Assembly (NCBI GenBank): GCA_032718475.1
Contig: JAUCBJ010001304.1
Coordinates: forward strand, 1-46,083
Length of the DNA stretch: 46,083 bases
Source: Nemertoderma westbladi
Taxonomy: Eukaryota; Animalia; Xenacoelomorpha
Direction of reading: 5' to 3'
The position numbers and the translations under genes are program-made. The notes under the pieces were generated by a model that was not told the origin of the DNA, did no database searches, and saw nothing but the letters and a program-made list of their open reading frames with translations. The first letter of the stretch is position 1; each line of letters begins with the position of its first letter. This document shows positions 24,291-36,867 of this stretch, one piece after another.

Positions 24291-27200
24291 TTACATGGCC
24301 AATGTTGGGAGACCGGCCCCTTCCTCAAATCCCAGACCGCTACGCCACCTTGTGCGAGATCCGCGCAGGCAGTGGGACGTACCGCGGACAATGGCGAACT
24401 GCACTAGCGTGCAGTTCGCACGTCCCATTACGGTGGTGTAGGGTTTACCCCAGGTGCTGTGGAGTTTGGTGGCGATAATGCGGAGCAGCATGTTCGCCTG
24501 CGGTGCCAACACTCCGTCGCACGAAGCCACGAAAGGTGAGAAGTCGCCGCGACGAGCTGCTACAACAGCCGCGTACAACCGCTTCTTCTCATCTTCCGCA
24601 GCCTCGAGAATGGTCATAGGAGCACGTTTAGCGTAAGACTCGGCGTCAAGGTTGGTTGACCTGATATCGATCAACGCCTGAGTCTGTGCGTTAAACGCGC
24701 CCCTAATCCCTACATCGCACTGCAGCCCTGCCCCATCACCATCCTCCATCTGCTCCCTCACCACCGGCTCCAACATGACATTGCGCGGCCCAAACGCCAA
24801 TGCAGCAAGGTCACCCACGGTGTCGCGCAACTCATTGTGGCGCTGGATGACGAGGCCGCCCTTCTTACAATTCAAACCATGGTTCAAATCAAAGGCGGCC
24901 CCACATCCGTCGCACCGACTGGGAACGCCGAGGAGGGGTTTCCCGTACCGAACTGCCACCGCATCGCGGAATTCTCGTGGGGAAAGGTCGTACTGGAGGT
25001 CAGCCCGGGGGAGAGAAGAGATCCAGCTGCCGGTTTTGTACTCCGCCGCACGGCGGATTGTGCGGCAGCGGTGTTCGGTCAATGCCCCCATGGCCTCCTC
25101 GAACTTGGAAATCTCAGCCAGCTTCCTGGTCTCACCATCCTCCTTCCTCGCCCTCACTAAACATTCCCGATGAGCTGAGAGATCAAACTCCTCTGTTCCA
25201 GCCATCGCACCACAGAGAAATCGGGTCCCTCGGGTTGAGACGAGGTACGACGGGTCGGCCTCGGTTACCGGGTTTCGCAGACCCATACCTCCGCGTTGTG
25301 GGGACAAACTGAAGAGTTTGTCTCACAGTCAGCGGTGACCCTCTGTATGTAGGCCCACTCGCGCTGCAGCGAGCAAACCATGGCGGAGAAGGCCGCCTGC
25401 GGCTGGGAATCTGCCATGGTTGCCAACACGTCAGTCGCATCTACCCATGCCGCTACCTTCGCCCGGACAAACTGGCTCCGCTCTCCCGAACTCCCGAGGA
25501 ACCCACCGAGAAATTGGTGTCCTGTGACCACTTTTACGGGATGGTCACGGAACACTCTGCGGGCCTCGTCTTCATGTTCCAGGGCTACCACCAGGTAGCA
25601 CTTCGACGGCTCGGGATTGTAGCCAAAGGATGGTCCAATGTTGAGCAGCCTTTCAAACCACTGCAGTAGGTCGGCGAGTTCACCCGCCCCGGCCGAGTCG
25701 TCGGCTTACCAGCTCTCGCGAACCGATGGCGACCGAAGGTGGCGGATCAACGGGAGGGCTCCGGTGGCGTACATGAGCATTGCCAGTGGGTCGCCCTGAG
25801 TTACGCCCTCCGCACTGAATATGATGGTATCTGTCCCCTTCATCACAAGGATGCTGTGACCACGGTAGCTATTATAGAGGAATGTGGAGCAATGTGGCCA
25901 CAGGCAATGAGCGTTCCACAATGCGGCCACCCGGTTGAGTGAGTTGAATGCATTCGCCGTTGTCCACCAATAGCACGCCCCAACGCGAGTCGGCGTTGTC
26001 CTCGAAGAGTGACGACATCGAGTGTATCGCCGCCTCAACTCCGGCTGAGGTCCCCGCGGACAGCTGTTCGGCGCCACACGTGATGGTGACGTCGTCCCCT
26101 GTGATCACGGCCATTGTGCGGGCCATTATCCGGCGGAGACACTCCCCGATTCCGATAGGCTGCACACCCGGACACTTATCCAGCGCTATAAGTCGGCCAA
26201 ACATCAGCGCACGGACCGACTCCCATGGGACGACAACATTCGCTAGTGTGCGGGTGAATGCAGCCACAGTGTCACGAAGTCGCTCGCTGTGGGCGCCGTA
26301 GCGGAGCAGGTAATCCCGCCAGCACGTTGAGTCGCTGCCTGCGGGCCCACTCCCACCGTGGAGCCGCCGAGCGACATCCTCAATGTGTGCCGCAGTCACA
26401 TCGATGTCGACTTTGAGTGGCAGCTCGCTACAATGGATGGTTGAGTCCGAGTTGGGAGGAGCCACCGCAGGGTGTTTGTCCTGTAGTACATCGAGGACCT
26501 TGACCCTACGCTGACCAACCTCGATGTCCGCTTCTAGTTCCAGAACTCCTCCTGAATCTCGTCCCGTCACCCAACGGACCGCGCTCCTAACCTTGCCCTC
26601 TAGCATGAGCCTCGTGAACACTTGGACAGTGTGGCCGATATCTTTATCTGAGGGCTGAGTTCCACTGCGCCTCCCTGAAGAACGCAGAGAGGAGCCACGC
26701 TCAGCCTCCTGTAACAGAGCGTCTATCTCACTGGAGCGCCACATCACCACCCTGCGGCTGATAAGGCGGCGAATATCGGCTGCCTTCACGATCTTCGGAT
26801 CTCGGTGAGTGATTAGTGCATCAGCCATCATCAGTCGTTCGGAACGAGCCAAGGCTGAGTCCCACCACCAAGCTCCGGACCTCGGTGTCGAGGAGGGACA
26901 CGACATCCCTTCCAACAGAACCACCTGGAAGTCTATATCGGGATCCCTGCAGCTGGGCGACTCTGCGCCACTTGTGTAGTAGGTGGTCGGGAGGATCCCC
27001 TCTGCCACTAAGTGGCGCACCAAAAGCTCTTTCCATAAGACCTTCAGGGTCTACACTCTGAGGAGGAGCTGAAGCACCAGGTAGCCAGAACTGATCGAAA
27101 GTGTCCATAGGGTTGACCCTGCTTCTGTTTGGAAGGAGTGTGGAGCCGACTCCTCACTTTGGAATGGTGGCGTTTGTGGGCGGCGTTTGTTGAACGGTGG

Positions 27201-28061
27201 TGTTCGTTGGTGGCGTCTTTTGAAGGGTGGCATTCGAGGGAGGAGTCTGTTGAGTGGTGGCATTCGTGAGCGTTGTCTGTTTGGCAGTGGCGTCCGTGGG
27301 CGGCATCTGTTGATCGGTGGCGTTTGTGGGCGGCGTCTTTTGAAGAGTGGCGTTTTTGGGCGGCGTCTTTTGAATGGTGGCATTCGAGGGTAACGTCTTT
27401 TGAATGGAGGCGTTCGTGGGTGGCGTCTGTTGAACGGTGGCGTTCGTGGACGGCGTCTGTGAATGGTGGCGTTCATGGGTGGCGTCTGTTGAATGGTGGC
27501 GTTTGTGGGCGGCGTCAGTTGAACAGTGGCGTTCGTGAGTGACGTCTTTTGAACGGTGGCGTTTGTGGGCGGTGTCTGTTGAACGGTGGCGTTTGCAGGC
27601 GTCGTCTGTTGAACTGTGGCGTTCGGGGGCATCGTCAGTTGAACGGTGGCGTTCGTGGGCGGCGTCTGTTGAACGGTGGCGTTCGTGGGTGGCATCCATT
27701 GAACAGTGGCGTTCATGGGCGGCGTCCGTTGAACGGTGGCGTTCGTGGGAGTAGTCTGTTGAACGGTGGCGTTCGTTGGGGTCCCGTCCATTAGCGTAAT
27801 GTCCAGATCCACCAACGTATCGTCGTTGAGGCTGCCGGAGGGAGAACCTGGGTAAACCGGCTGGGATAGAGACATTGGAGATAGTGGCTTTACCTTGTCA
27901 CTATCAGGCTGCGGCTGTGAAGAAGAAGAAGAAGATCTCCTGCCGTTTTCACAGTTCCCACTCCTTCCGGGGGCGCAATTTCGGCAACCCACTCTGCTCT
28001 TAGCACAAGAGCATGTCTTGCAGAGACCGGTCTTCCCGTTGCAGACACAACAGGGCGCCAT
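24291..28061 (-). pseudogene. CRE-type polyprotein (Cys-rich N-terminus, repeat linker, RT, CCHC, RLE), broken by frameshifts and a stop
   Basis: Track ORFs 27051..28061, 26821..27108, 25872..27023, 25706..26077, 25265..25591 and 24291..25307 tile one ancestral ORF. TAA at 25706-08 replaces the Tyr of YADD. Confidence 0.88.
27160..27779. repeat. 33-bp coding minisatellite (about 19 copies of TPPTNATVQQT-like 11-mers) in the CRE ORF
   Basis: Unit gaacggtggcgttcgtgggcggcgtctgtt variants. One unit that is 1 bp short near 27460 shifts the frame. Confidence 0.95.
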
Positions 28062-29404
28062 ACAAGCGCAAGTAACTTGGCTTGCGAACTGGATGGGATA
28101 GTACCAATCTTACCCAAGTACTATACTATGGCGCCTAGCTGTCTGGCATTTGGCTATCTCAGCATATGCAGTACAGCAGTAGTTAGTAAAGTGGCCACAT
28201 AGAAAGAGAGTGAGTTATAGTGAGAGAGTTATACTCAACTCATACAAAGTATACTTTACTTTACTACATTACTTTACTACACTATAATTTACAAAGTAAT
28301 CATATAAAGGTCCTATAACTTACCAATGAGGTTCTGAGATCATATGAACAATACTGCCTGATATCCTGGAGTAAAATAGTCCTATGTACAGTAAAAATCG
28401 CATAGACTTATAAATAAAAAGCCTTATGTACAATACTGCCTGATAAGCGAAAAAAATTTTGAAGTTTTTGAAATTTTTTTTTTTGAAAGTAAAGATTTTT
28501 AAGTACATCTATGTACGTGCATGCAAAAATACAGAATGCCAACATCAACTGTAATGTGTGGGTAAAAAAAACGCAAAAGTGTGATTATCTCAGAATGACA
28601 CTTTGGTCACATGGACGTTTTTATGCTCAGCCCCACAATTTATCTTCAAAGAAGGTTTGAGTCCCATAACCCGGATAGATTACTTATCTTATTTTAAATT
28701 ATTTCAGTTCATTACTTCATCACTTAAATATTGCCAAATCAATCAACCTATTTAAATATAGTAACACGAACATAATTACATGAAAAACCAAACTAACCAA
28801 ACCATTAAAACATTGTTGCATATATTATGCAGACTTTAATTATTATTATGAATAATCGTAATTAATTGGCATAATATACTACTGATCAGTGAATGGGTTT
28901 ATCACAATTGCTAAACCCACCCATAATGTAGAAATACTAGTAGAATTGATTGTAAATGCTTGATTTTTTTATAAAATGGATAGCAATGAATGGGTATGGT
29001 TAAAAACAATGTAATTAACCAGTTTACAGGTGGTGTTACAGGTAGTAATTACCTGCTTGGCATACATGAATATAATAGGATCAAAGCGTAATTGAAATTA
29101 ATCTGAATAAGGAAGTGAATTATCTATCCGCAGTGTTATTATAAAACTGGAAGCCGCAAACTATGCAGGATGGGGTAATCAGCCATAATAACTACCAAAA
29201 CCCACGCAAAGTCACATTCAACCACATTCATGTGCACTGTCTGTATACGTGTACGGTACATTTACAATGAATTAGAATGAGCTAATGGAATGACAATGAT
29301 TCATTAAACCTATGTGATTAAAGGCATCACGTTGAAGGTAAGTTAATGGCGTTGTTGATGAGTTTTAGAAACCACACATAAGACTAGCATCGATCTAATA
29401 ATGC

Positions 29405-29555
29405 AATTTTGTCACTAAAAGAGCTAAGGAAAAACATTAATGAAATTTTGTGGAATAATGTTGGACCCTAGCCATTGGCCCAGGGCCAATGGTAATGTCC
29501 GAAATTCCACAAAATTTATTCGATTAGAGCCTCATGACTTAGGGTTAGTGTTACA
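29405..29555. repeat. Long imperfect palindrome/hairpin
   Basis: aaattttgtggaat...ggac...ccattggccc-a-gggccaatgg...gtcc...attccacaaaattt. Confidence 0.8.
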
Positions 29556-29734
29556 TGACAGTTTTAATTAGGGTTTCGGGCCGCCCTTTAACTTTGAATT
29601 AGAGTTTCAGACCGACTCTCTCGAAACCTGGGGTGAGAATACTCTGGGGCTGGGGGGCATGTGGCGCTAGGCGAAAATGCCCGGGGATGAGGGACATTCC
29701 GTGCAGGGGGGCATTTTCGCTTGAGACACTGGTA

Positions 29735-29877
29735 CTCATAAACAGATACTGCAACGCCTGGAATCTAATCTGTGGCATACAGTAGGCAGGGTCTACAATG
29801 TCAATAACCTTGGTGGGTGGGCATAACTTCTCAACCCCAGTAATATTACACAGTTTGTATGTATGTATGTATGTATC
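29735..29877 (+). mobile_element. Possible SINE/LINE 3' fragment with (TATG)n tail
   Basis: Moderately GC-rich segment ending in tgtatgtatgtatgtatgtat. Family not identified. Confidence 0.35.
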
Positions 29878-30149
29878 TACAAAGATGGATGTAACGCTCT
29901 GGGGTAAATGTGTGTATAAGTGTGGTGCACAGCAAAATAAATATTGCCAACCACACCCTTCCCTTAGAGGTATAGAAGTGCGCCACCTTGCTTTGAGAAA
30001 ATACGTCACCGTTTTTATCAGGCGTGGTTCGAGTAGGCCTACTATTCGTCATTGGATCACCGTTAGATATTTTGTGCCATAAACGATAACGATAACGATA
30101 TATTTACGATAGAAAACATCAATATCTTTATAATAAAATAAATATAAAA

Positions 30150-31521
30150 ATGCAATTGATAATGCTCAACACTAAATTATCAATAATAATGCAATTGATA
30201 ATGCTCAACACTAAATTATCAATAATAATGCAATTGATAATGCTCAACACTAAATAATCAATAATAATGCAATTGATAATGCTCAACACTAAATTATCAA
30301 TAATAATGTAATTGATAATGCTCAATACTAAATAATCAATAATAATGCCATTGACAATGCTCAACACTAAATTATCAATAATAATGCAATTGATAATGCT
30401 CAATACTAAATAATCAATAATAATGCCATTGACAATGCTCAACACTAAATTATCAATAATAATGCCATTGATAATGCTCAATACTAAATAATCAATAATA
30501 ATGCCATTGATAATGCTCAAAAATATATAATAATGCTATTGATAATGCTCAATAATCAATAATAATGCCATTGATAATGCTCAATACTAAATAATCAATA
30601 ATAATGCCATTGACAATGCTCAACACTAAATTATCAATAATAATGCAATTGATAATGCTCAACACTAAATTATCAATAATAATGCAATTGATAATGCTCA
30701 ACACTAAATTATCAATAATAATGTAATTGATAATGCTCAATACTAAATAATCAATAATAATGCCATTGACAATGCTCAACACTAAATTATCAATAATAAT
30801 GCAATTGATAATGCTCAATACTAAATAATCAATAATAATGCCATTGATAATGCTCAATACTAAATAATCAATAATAATGCCATTGATAATGCTCAAAAAT
30901 ATATAATAATGCTATTGATAATGCTCAATAATCAATAATAATGCCATTGATAAAGCTCAATACTAAATAATCAATAATAATGCCATTGATAATGCTCAAA
31001 ATCTATAATAATGCCATTGATATTGCTCAATAATCAATAATAATGCCATTGATAATGCTCAATACTAAATAATCAATAATAATGCCATTGATAATGCTCA
31101 ATAATCAATAATAATGCCATTGATAATGCTCAATACTAATTAATCAATAATAATGCCATTGATAATGCTCAAAAATATATAATAATGCTATTGATAATAC
31201 TAAATAATCAATATTAATACCATTGATAATGCTCAATACTAAATAATCAATAATAATGCCATTGATAATGCTCAAAAATATACAATAATGCTATTGATAA
31301 TGCTCAATAATCAATAATAATGCCATTGATAATGCTCAATACTAAATAATCAATAATAATGCCATTGGTAATGCTCAAAATCTATAATAATGCCATTGAT
31401 ATTGCTCAATAATCAATAATAATGCCATTGATAATGCTCAATACTAAATAATCAATAATAATGCCATTGGTAATGCTCAAAAATCTATAATAATGGTATT
31501 GATAATGCTCAATAATAATGC
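30150..31521. repeat. AT-rich minisatellite, 39-bp unit with 30-32-bp deletion variants
   Basis: Unit caataataatgcaattgataatgctcaacactaaattat. Short variants (aaatatataataatgctattgataatgctc) are interspersed in the right half. Confidence 0.97.
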
Positions 31522-33505
31522 TAAAGTCATTGCTGGTGACCTGAATGCGCAAATTGGCCCAGAAAGGGTTACACCTATAACACCAGTTCTAACAGAAATG
31601 GGTACTTACTTTTAGACCTAATGGAAGAATGTGAATTGATACCAACAAACAACATATTCGAAAAGAGTAAGGGGAAGCTATGGACCTTTCAATACCCTAA
31701 TGGAACCAAAGCACAACTGGATTACATCCTTAAAAACAAAAAGTGGAGAAACAGCATGATCAACTGCGAGGCATACAGCTCGTTCAACCTAATTGATTCG
31801 GACCACAGAATTGTGACTGCAGAGATCAGACTCAGTTTGAGAGCCAGGAAACCCAGGACAAGCAAGCAAATTAACTATGACTGGGTGAAACTCAGAACTG
31901 ACAATGCAGTAAAGGATGCTTACACAGTAGAAGTTCAAAACCGCTTTGAATCACTTCAGTCAATGGATGAAGACCAGTCCACCGATTCAATATACCAGAA
32001 TATAATAACAGCCCACAAGGAATCAGCTAAGAGGCATATCCCCCAGAAACCCAAACGAAAACAGTATGTGCCATGGCAAAACTCTGAGGTTACTTGTAAG
32101 AGTGAAGATCTTAAGATAGCCTACAAAGTTAAAACCGAACAACCAACAACAGAAAACATTAACAAGGTTGAGAAAGCTAAGGACGATCTTAAATTGGCCT
32201 ACAACATCAGCCAGGAAAAGTACATACAGGATAAAATTGAAGCAATTACAACTGCTCACATACTGCAACAATCAAAACTTACCTGGCAAACTGTAAATGA
32301 GCTATCTGGTCGAAAAAATTGTGCAAAGGGGCGCCTCAAAGTCGATAGTCCTGAAGAACGTGTTGGGAAATGGAAAAATCACTTCAGCAACTTGCTTGGG
32401 CAGCCACCAAACATCGATGTCAGCCCTACAAGGAAAATATATGACAAGACACAACCTATAGAAACAGGGGACTTCACACCTGCCGAACTCCAAAGAAGCA
32501 TTAAAAGCATGTCCAATAATAAAGCGAGTGGATTAGATGAAATCCCAGTGGAGGTATGGAAAACAGGAGTGCTAAACAGGCCATTATTGAATGTTTGCAA
32601 CCGGATGTTAAAAGGGGAAAAGCCACCACCAATTTGGACTAAAGGTCAACTAAAGCCTTTCCCCAAGAAAGGAGACCTCGGTATACCAACAACCTATCGT
32701 GGAATCTGTCTGTAGTGGTAGCTGCCAAAATATACAATACAATGATTCTATATAGGATTAGGCCTCACATAGAGAAACTACTGCGTAAGAGCCAATACGG
32801 ATTTCGACCAAGTAGATCAACAATAGCTCAGATACTTGCACTACGGAGACTGATTGAAGGAATTAAGTCGAAGAATCTCCACGCAGTCATGACTTTTGTG
32901 GACTTCAAGAAGGCATTCGACTCCATCCATAGAGGCAAAATGCTTGAAATCCTAAGAGCTTATGGTATACCAGAGGTAATTGTTGCTGGCATTGGATTGT
33001 TATATTGTGACACAGAAGCGCAGGTACTCTCACCAGATGGTGAAACTGAGTTTTTCTCAATCCTGGCTGGGGTACTGCAAGGTGACACATTAGCACCATT
33101 ACTATTTGTAATTGTGCTGGATTACGCAATGAGGACAGCCACAAAGGGTGAAGACCTGGGATTCACACTTCAAGAACTCATAAGTAGTAGATATCCGGCA
33201 ACTACAGTCACAGACACCGACTTTGCGAATGATATCGCCCTGCTCTCTAATACCCTAGCAGATGCACAGCTTCTACTAAATAAAGTGGAGAGGGCTGCTA
33301 AGGAGGTTGGATTGCATATAAATTGACCGAATAAAAAGACCGAATTCATGACCTTTAATGTTGATGGAAACTTGACAACCATTGATAATAATCAACTAAG
33401 GAAGGTTGACGACTTCCAGTACCTTGGATCATGGATAGAGAGTAGCAAAAAGGACATAGAAGTTAGGAAAGCAAAGGCTTGGGTAGCTCTATCAAAATTG
33501 GAGAC
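31522..33505 (+). mobile_element. RTE-group LINE ORF2 fragment (APE endonuclease C-terminal half plus RT), decayed, truncated at both ends
   Basis: VIAGDLNAQIG, AQLDYIL and SDHRIV (APE); KKGDL...YRGICL, QYGFR, FVDFKKAFDSI, GVLQGDTLAP and DFANDIALL (RT). Several stops and frameshifts. Same family as 16556-17407. Confidence 0.93.
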
Positions 33506-35196
33506 CCAATAACGACGGGGAAAGACAGCGAAATTACCAAGGCGGAGAAACAACAACGCCAAGCGACCATCACACCGAGGGTTACCCTTCTGACCAAAAC
33601 CACATTACCAGAGGGCAGTTTGGAGCTTTTAAGTAAAGGACCACAATTCGCTTTACGACGGGATTTGGACACGGACACAATGAGAGACATCGAAATCGGC
33701 ATGAACCGGAATGCCTACGGAGTCCACTGGAAGGCAGAAATAAACAGACAACACGAGACTCGAGAAGAGCAACGCGCTTCAGCGAGACCTTACACCGCCA
33801 ACATCAATAGACCCACACATACACCCCTCCCAGATCACAACCCGGCGACCCCTCCAACCAATTCCTCACACGCCCTTCCACCAACAGCCCCAATATTGGA
33901 TCCACAACCGACTGCCCCCTTGCAGTCTTTTGACCCAGCCTGCAGTCAACCTACCAGTAACAGCGTTTATATAGGGAAGAGGTTAGGTAGACTCCCGTTC
34001 CCTGATATCCCCCGAACCAAACCACCGCTGGCGGATCAGGCTTTAGAATACAAACTATCAGAACTCAAACAGGAGATCCTAGCTGTTTATAGACAACACC
34101 GACATTTGGGACAAAAAACGACGCCTAATTTAACCAGTAAGGAAGCCACAGCACTAAACCAACTCTGGAGAGACAGTACATTAGTCATAAAGAAAGCAGA
34201 CAAAACGGGAGGGTTTGCAGTCATGGACAGGAAGGACTACATATCTAGAGTACACGATCATATTTCATCCAACACCAACACTTATGAAGAACTCCCACGT
34301 GATCCAACGAGACAAAACAACCTCAAGATAAGAGCTGGTATCAGCAACATCCTCGGACCCGTTTTACCAGACACAGATACCGCCGGACTCCTCACACAGG
34401 ACCCAAGGGCGCCTCAACTTTACGGGACTCCGAAAACTCACAAACCCGATGTGCCAATACGCCCTATTTTGTCTGCATCGTGGTCAGCAGGCGAGAAACC
34501 AGCCTGGTTTGCTTGCTAAATCCTGACCCAACTCGCAGAACTCGTCCCCAAAAAATTAAAAAATACCGAGGATTTTATACGACGTTTAAAGAGTTACCCC
34601 CATTGGAAACAGGAGACATCCTGTTTTCCACGGACATAGTGTCGCTTTTTACCAGTATCCCCATAGGAGAAGCTACTGATCACGTCACAGACTTCGCTAA
34701 TAAAAAGAAACATAGTATCAACATGTTTGGACTCAGCATACCTGAATTTTATGGATTATTACAACTCGTTATAGATTTTAGCTATTTCGAGTTCGACCAT
34801 AAATTTTATAAACAAAAAGATGGGATGGGTATGGGGAATAGGGCGGCGGCACCTTTTGCCATCATTTACATTCATATAAAAGAAACTCAGTACCTTAACA
34901 CGTACCGACTAACACCAGAGTGTTGGTATCGGTTCTTGGACGATGGTTGGTCAGTGTGAAAACATGGGAAGGAAGAGTTGGGACAATTTCTAGATTTTCT
35001 AAACGCACAACACATAAACATACAGTACACGATGGAAAAATCTTACACCAGACTAGCATTTTTAGACGTATACACCAAAGTCAATGACCAAGGAACCATA
35101 GACATAGAACCGTACAGAAAACCCACAAACGCTGGTATCATACTGAACTACAATAGCCACCACCCGAAGTCAGTGATACTTAATACGGCTAGGAAC
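33506..35196 (+). mobile_element. Penelope-like element RT fragment, decayed, cut by Gypsy A
   Basis: LLSKGPQF, IKKADKTGGFAVMDRKDY, LYGTPKTHKPDVPIRPILS, DIVSLFTSIP, YKQKDGMGMGN, WYRFLDD, LAFLDV and YRKPT...LNYNSHHP. The GIY-YIG part is not in the window. Confidence 0.93.
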
Positions 35197-35434
35197 TGAT
35201 ATATACTGTACTGTACTGCGTTATACTGTACATATATTACTTTGGTGTATACCAACTACAGAACTAAATAACACTAGCAGTGCATACCGTACTGCATATG
35301 TACACACCCACGGTACATTAGTACCGGTAGACTGATATATACTTGTACAGCCTACGTAACAATTAACAAGCTTCATCAGACCAATATATTAGTATTGCAT
35401 ATTATGTTCAATTCATACTGATGAACTCATGACA
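35197..35434 (+). repeat. 5' LTR of Gypsy A (238 bp, TG...CA)
   Basis: The first 72 bp match 46012-46083 with one mismatch. Followed directly by a tRNA-Ser-type PBS. Confidence 0.9.
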
Positions 35435-35517
35435 TGGCGCAGTGTTACGGTCGAATCTCGGCGGGAGCCTAATTTATTCAGTAAAAACAAAATAAAACTG
35501 TAAAACAAAACAAAAAC

Positions 35518-36102
35518 ATGAATAGCGACGAGGAAGATTCACTAAAGTTAACAGAAGACGACGTTGCGAACCTACACCGCACCGACCTTCTCAAACATTG
35601 TTACGCCCTTCGAGTCCAGTGTGATTCGAAAACCGGTACGGAAGTCCTTCGCCGTCGTCTACATCGTGCGCTCTTCGCGGAACCCGAAACAGCGCACCCT
35701 CTAACACCAACGCCGGCCCTCGATTTAGGCGAGGTTTTACACCAGTTGGATCTACAACGCCAACAGGAACGCGAACACGACCACGAGGAACAACGCCAAG
35801 AACGGGCGTTCCAACAGCAACAATTTCTCCAGTTGTTGCAACAGCGTGACGCAGCTACAGCGCCACCCCTACCTCGGCACAGTGGAGAACCACATACAGG
35901 CGAACATAATAGTGGAAATTCCGCAAAACTCACAGTACGCCCACCCCAACCCCTGGAACTAAACTTATCTTATAAACAGTTTAAACCTTGGTGATGTTAC
36001 GTGGCACAACTACACTAGGGTTGTAAAACTCGATGAGAAAACTCGGGATCTCCAGGTTGCCACCCTCTTTAGCTACTGTAATGCAGATTTCTTAACACAT
36101 CT
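35518..36102 (+). pseudogene. gag: Gypsy A gag, N-terminal part (stop/frameshift at about 35994, interrupted by Gypsy B)
   Basis: PQPLELNLSYKQFKPW / TWHNY...QVATLFSYCNADFLTHL continues in frame at 41895 (NYRLHISQD...MEDIIF) once Gypsy B and one CATCT are removed. Confidence 0.85.
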
Positions 36103-36273
36103 TGGAAGATATTAATATAATGGTGGAGGTCATTACAAACCTTAGTAGGACCTAAGTCGATTCCTACTGGGGTACTTTACTGGGGTATCATTTAGTCCAA
36201 ACTGCAATATAATATATCTTGTTGGAACATTGCTATTTATTGTTCAGTTGACTGCCTATGGCAGAACATACCA
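36103..36273 (+). repeat. 5' LTR of Gypsy B (171 bp)
   Basis: TGG...CCA termini; near-identical to 41715-41889. Confidence 0.97.
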
Positions 36274-36867
36274 TGGCGCTGCGATTTATGAATCTACAAT
36301 AGCGGCTACAGGCTACAGTTAGCTTCATCTTATACTGTAATTGCTTAATTACAACTTCTGAACTTAATGGTCTGACGGTAGGCGGTAAATAACGCACGGT
36401 CTGCAGCCCTGCAGTAAGCGACGATACCGGTACCGAATTACATTGTTTCCAATTCATTCTGTTATTAGCAGATTAGCCCAGTATCCAGCAGGATCACTAT
36501 GGCTCAAGAGTTGAACAGCAAAACAGATCCGTTTTGCAGTTTCTAGTTATTACATTATTCTGTTATTCTGACATTGGTTGTTTCAGACAGTCAGATATTT
36601 ATACTAAAGAAAAGACCACTGAGGAGATAGGTAGGCCTACCCATTTACTGCAATTGGCAGATTGGCTACGAATAGCAGAATACAGGAATAGGCCACTGTA
36701 CCTTCTACCAACAGTGGCCGTGCCAGTTCTACTGCACTAATGTATCTCTATACCAATACCAGTACAACCTAGACCGGTAGTACAATGCGGATTATTGAAT
36801 TTATAAATATTGATTTCCCCTAATTGTACATGTATAATTGATTGCCAGTAGGCCTACATCTACAAGC

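Larger units (their letters stand above)
24270..28200 (-). mobile_element. CRE-type non-LTR retrotransposon with restriction-like endonuclease, near full length, decayed
   Basis: RT motifs ALDKCPGVQPIGIGECLRRI, GVTQGDPLAMLMYA and W*ADD; CCHC finger CDGCGAAFDLNHGLNC; RHNELRD; RLE motifs CDVGIRG...IDIR...AEDEKKRLY; AATAAA at the stop codon. Outer boundaries are approximate and no TSD was found. Confidence 0.88.
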
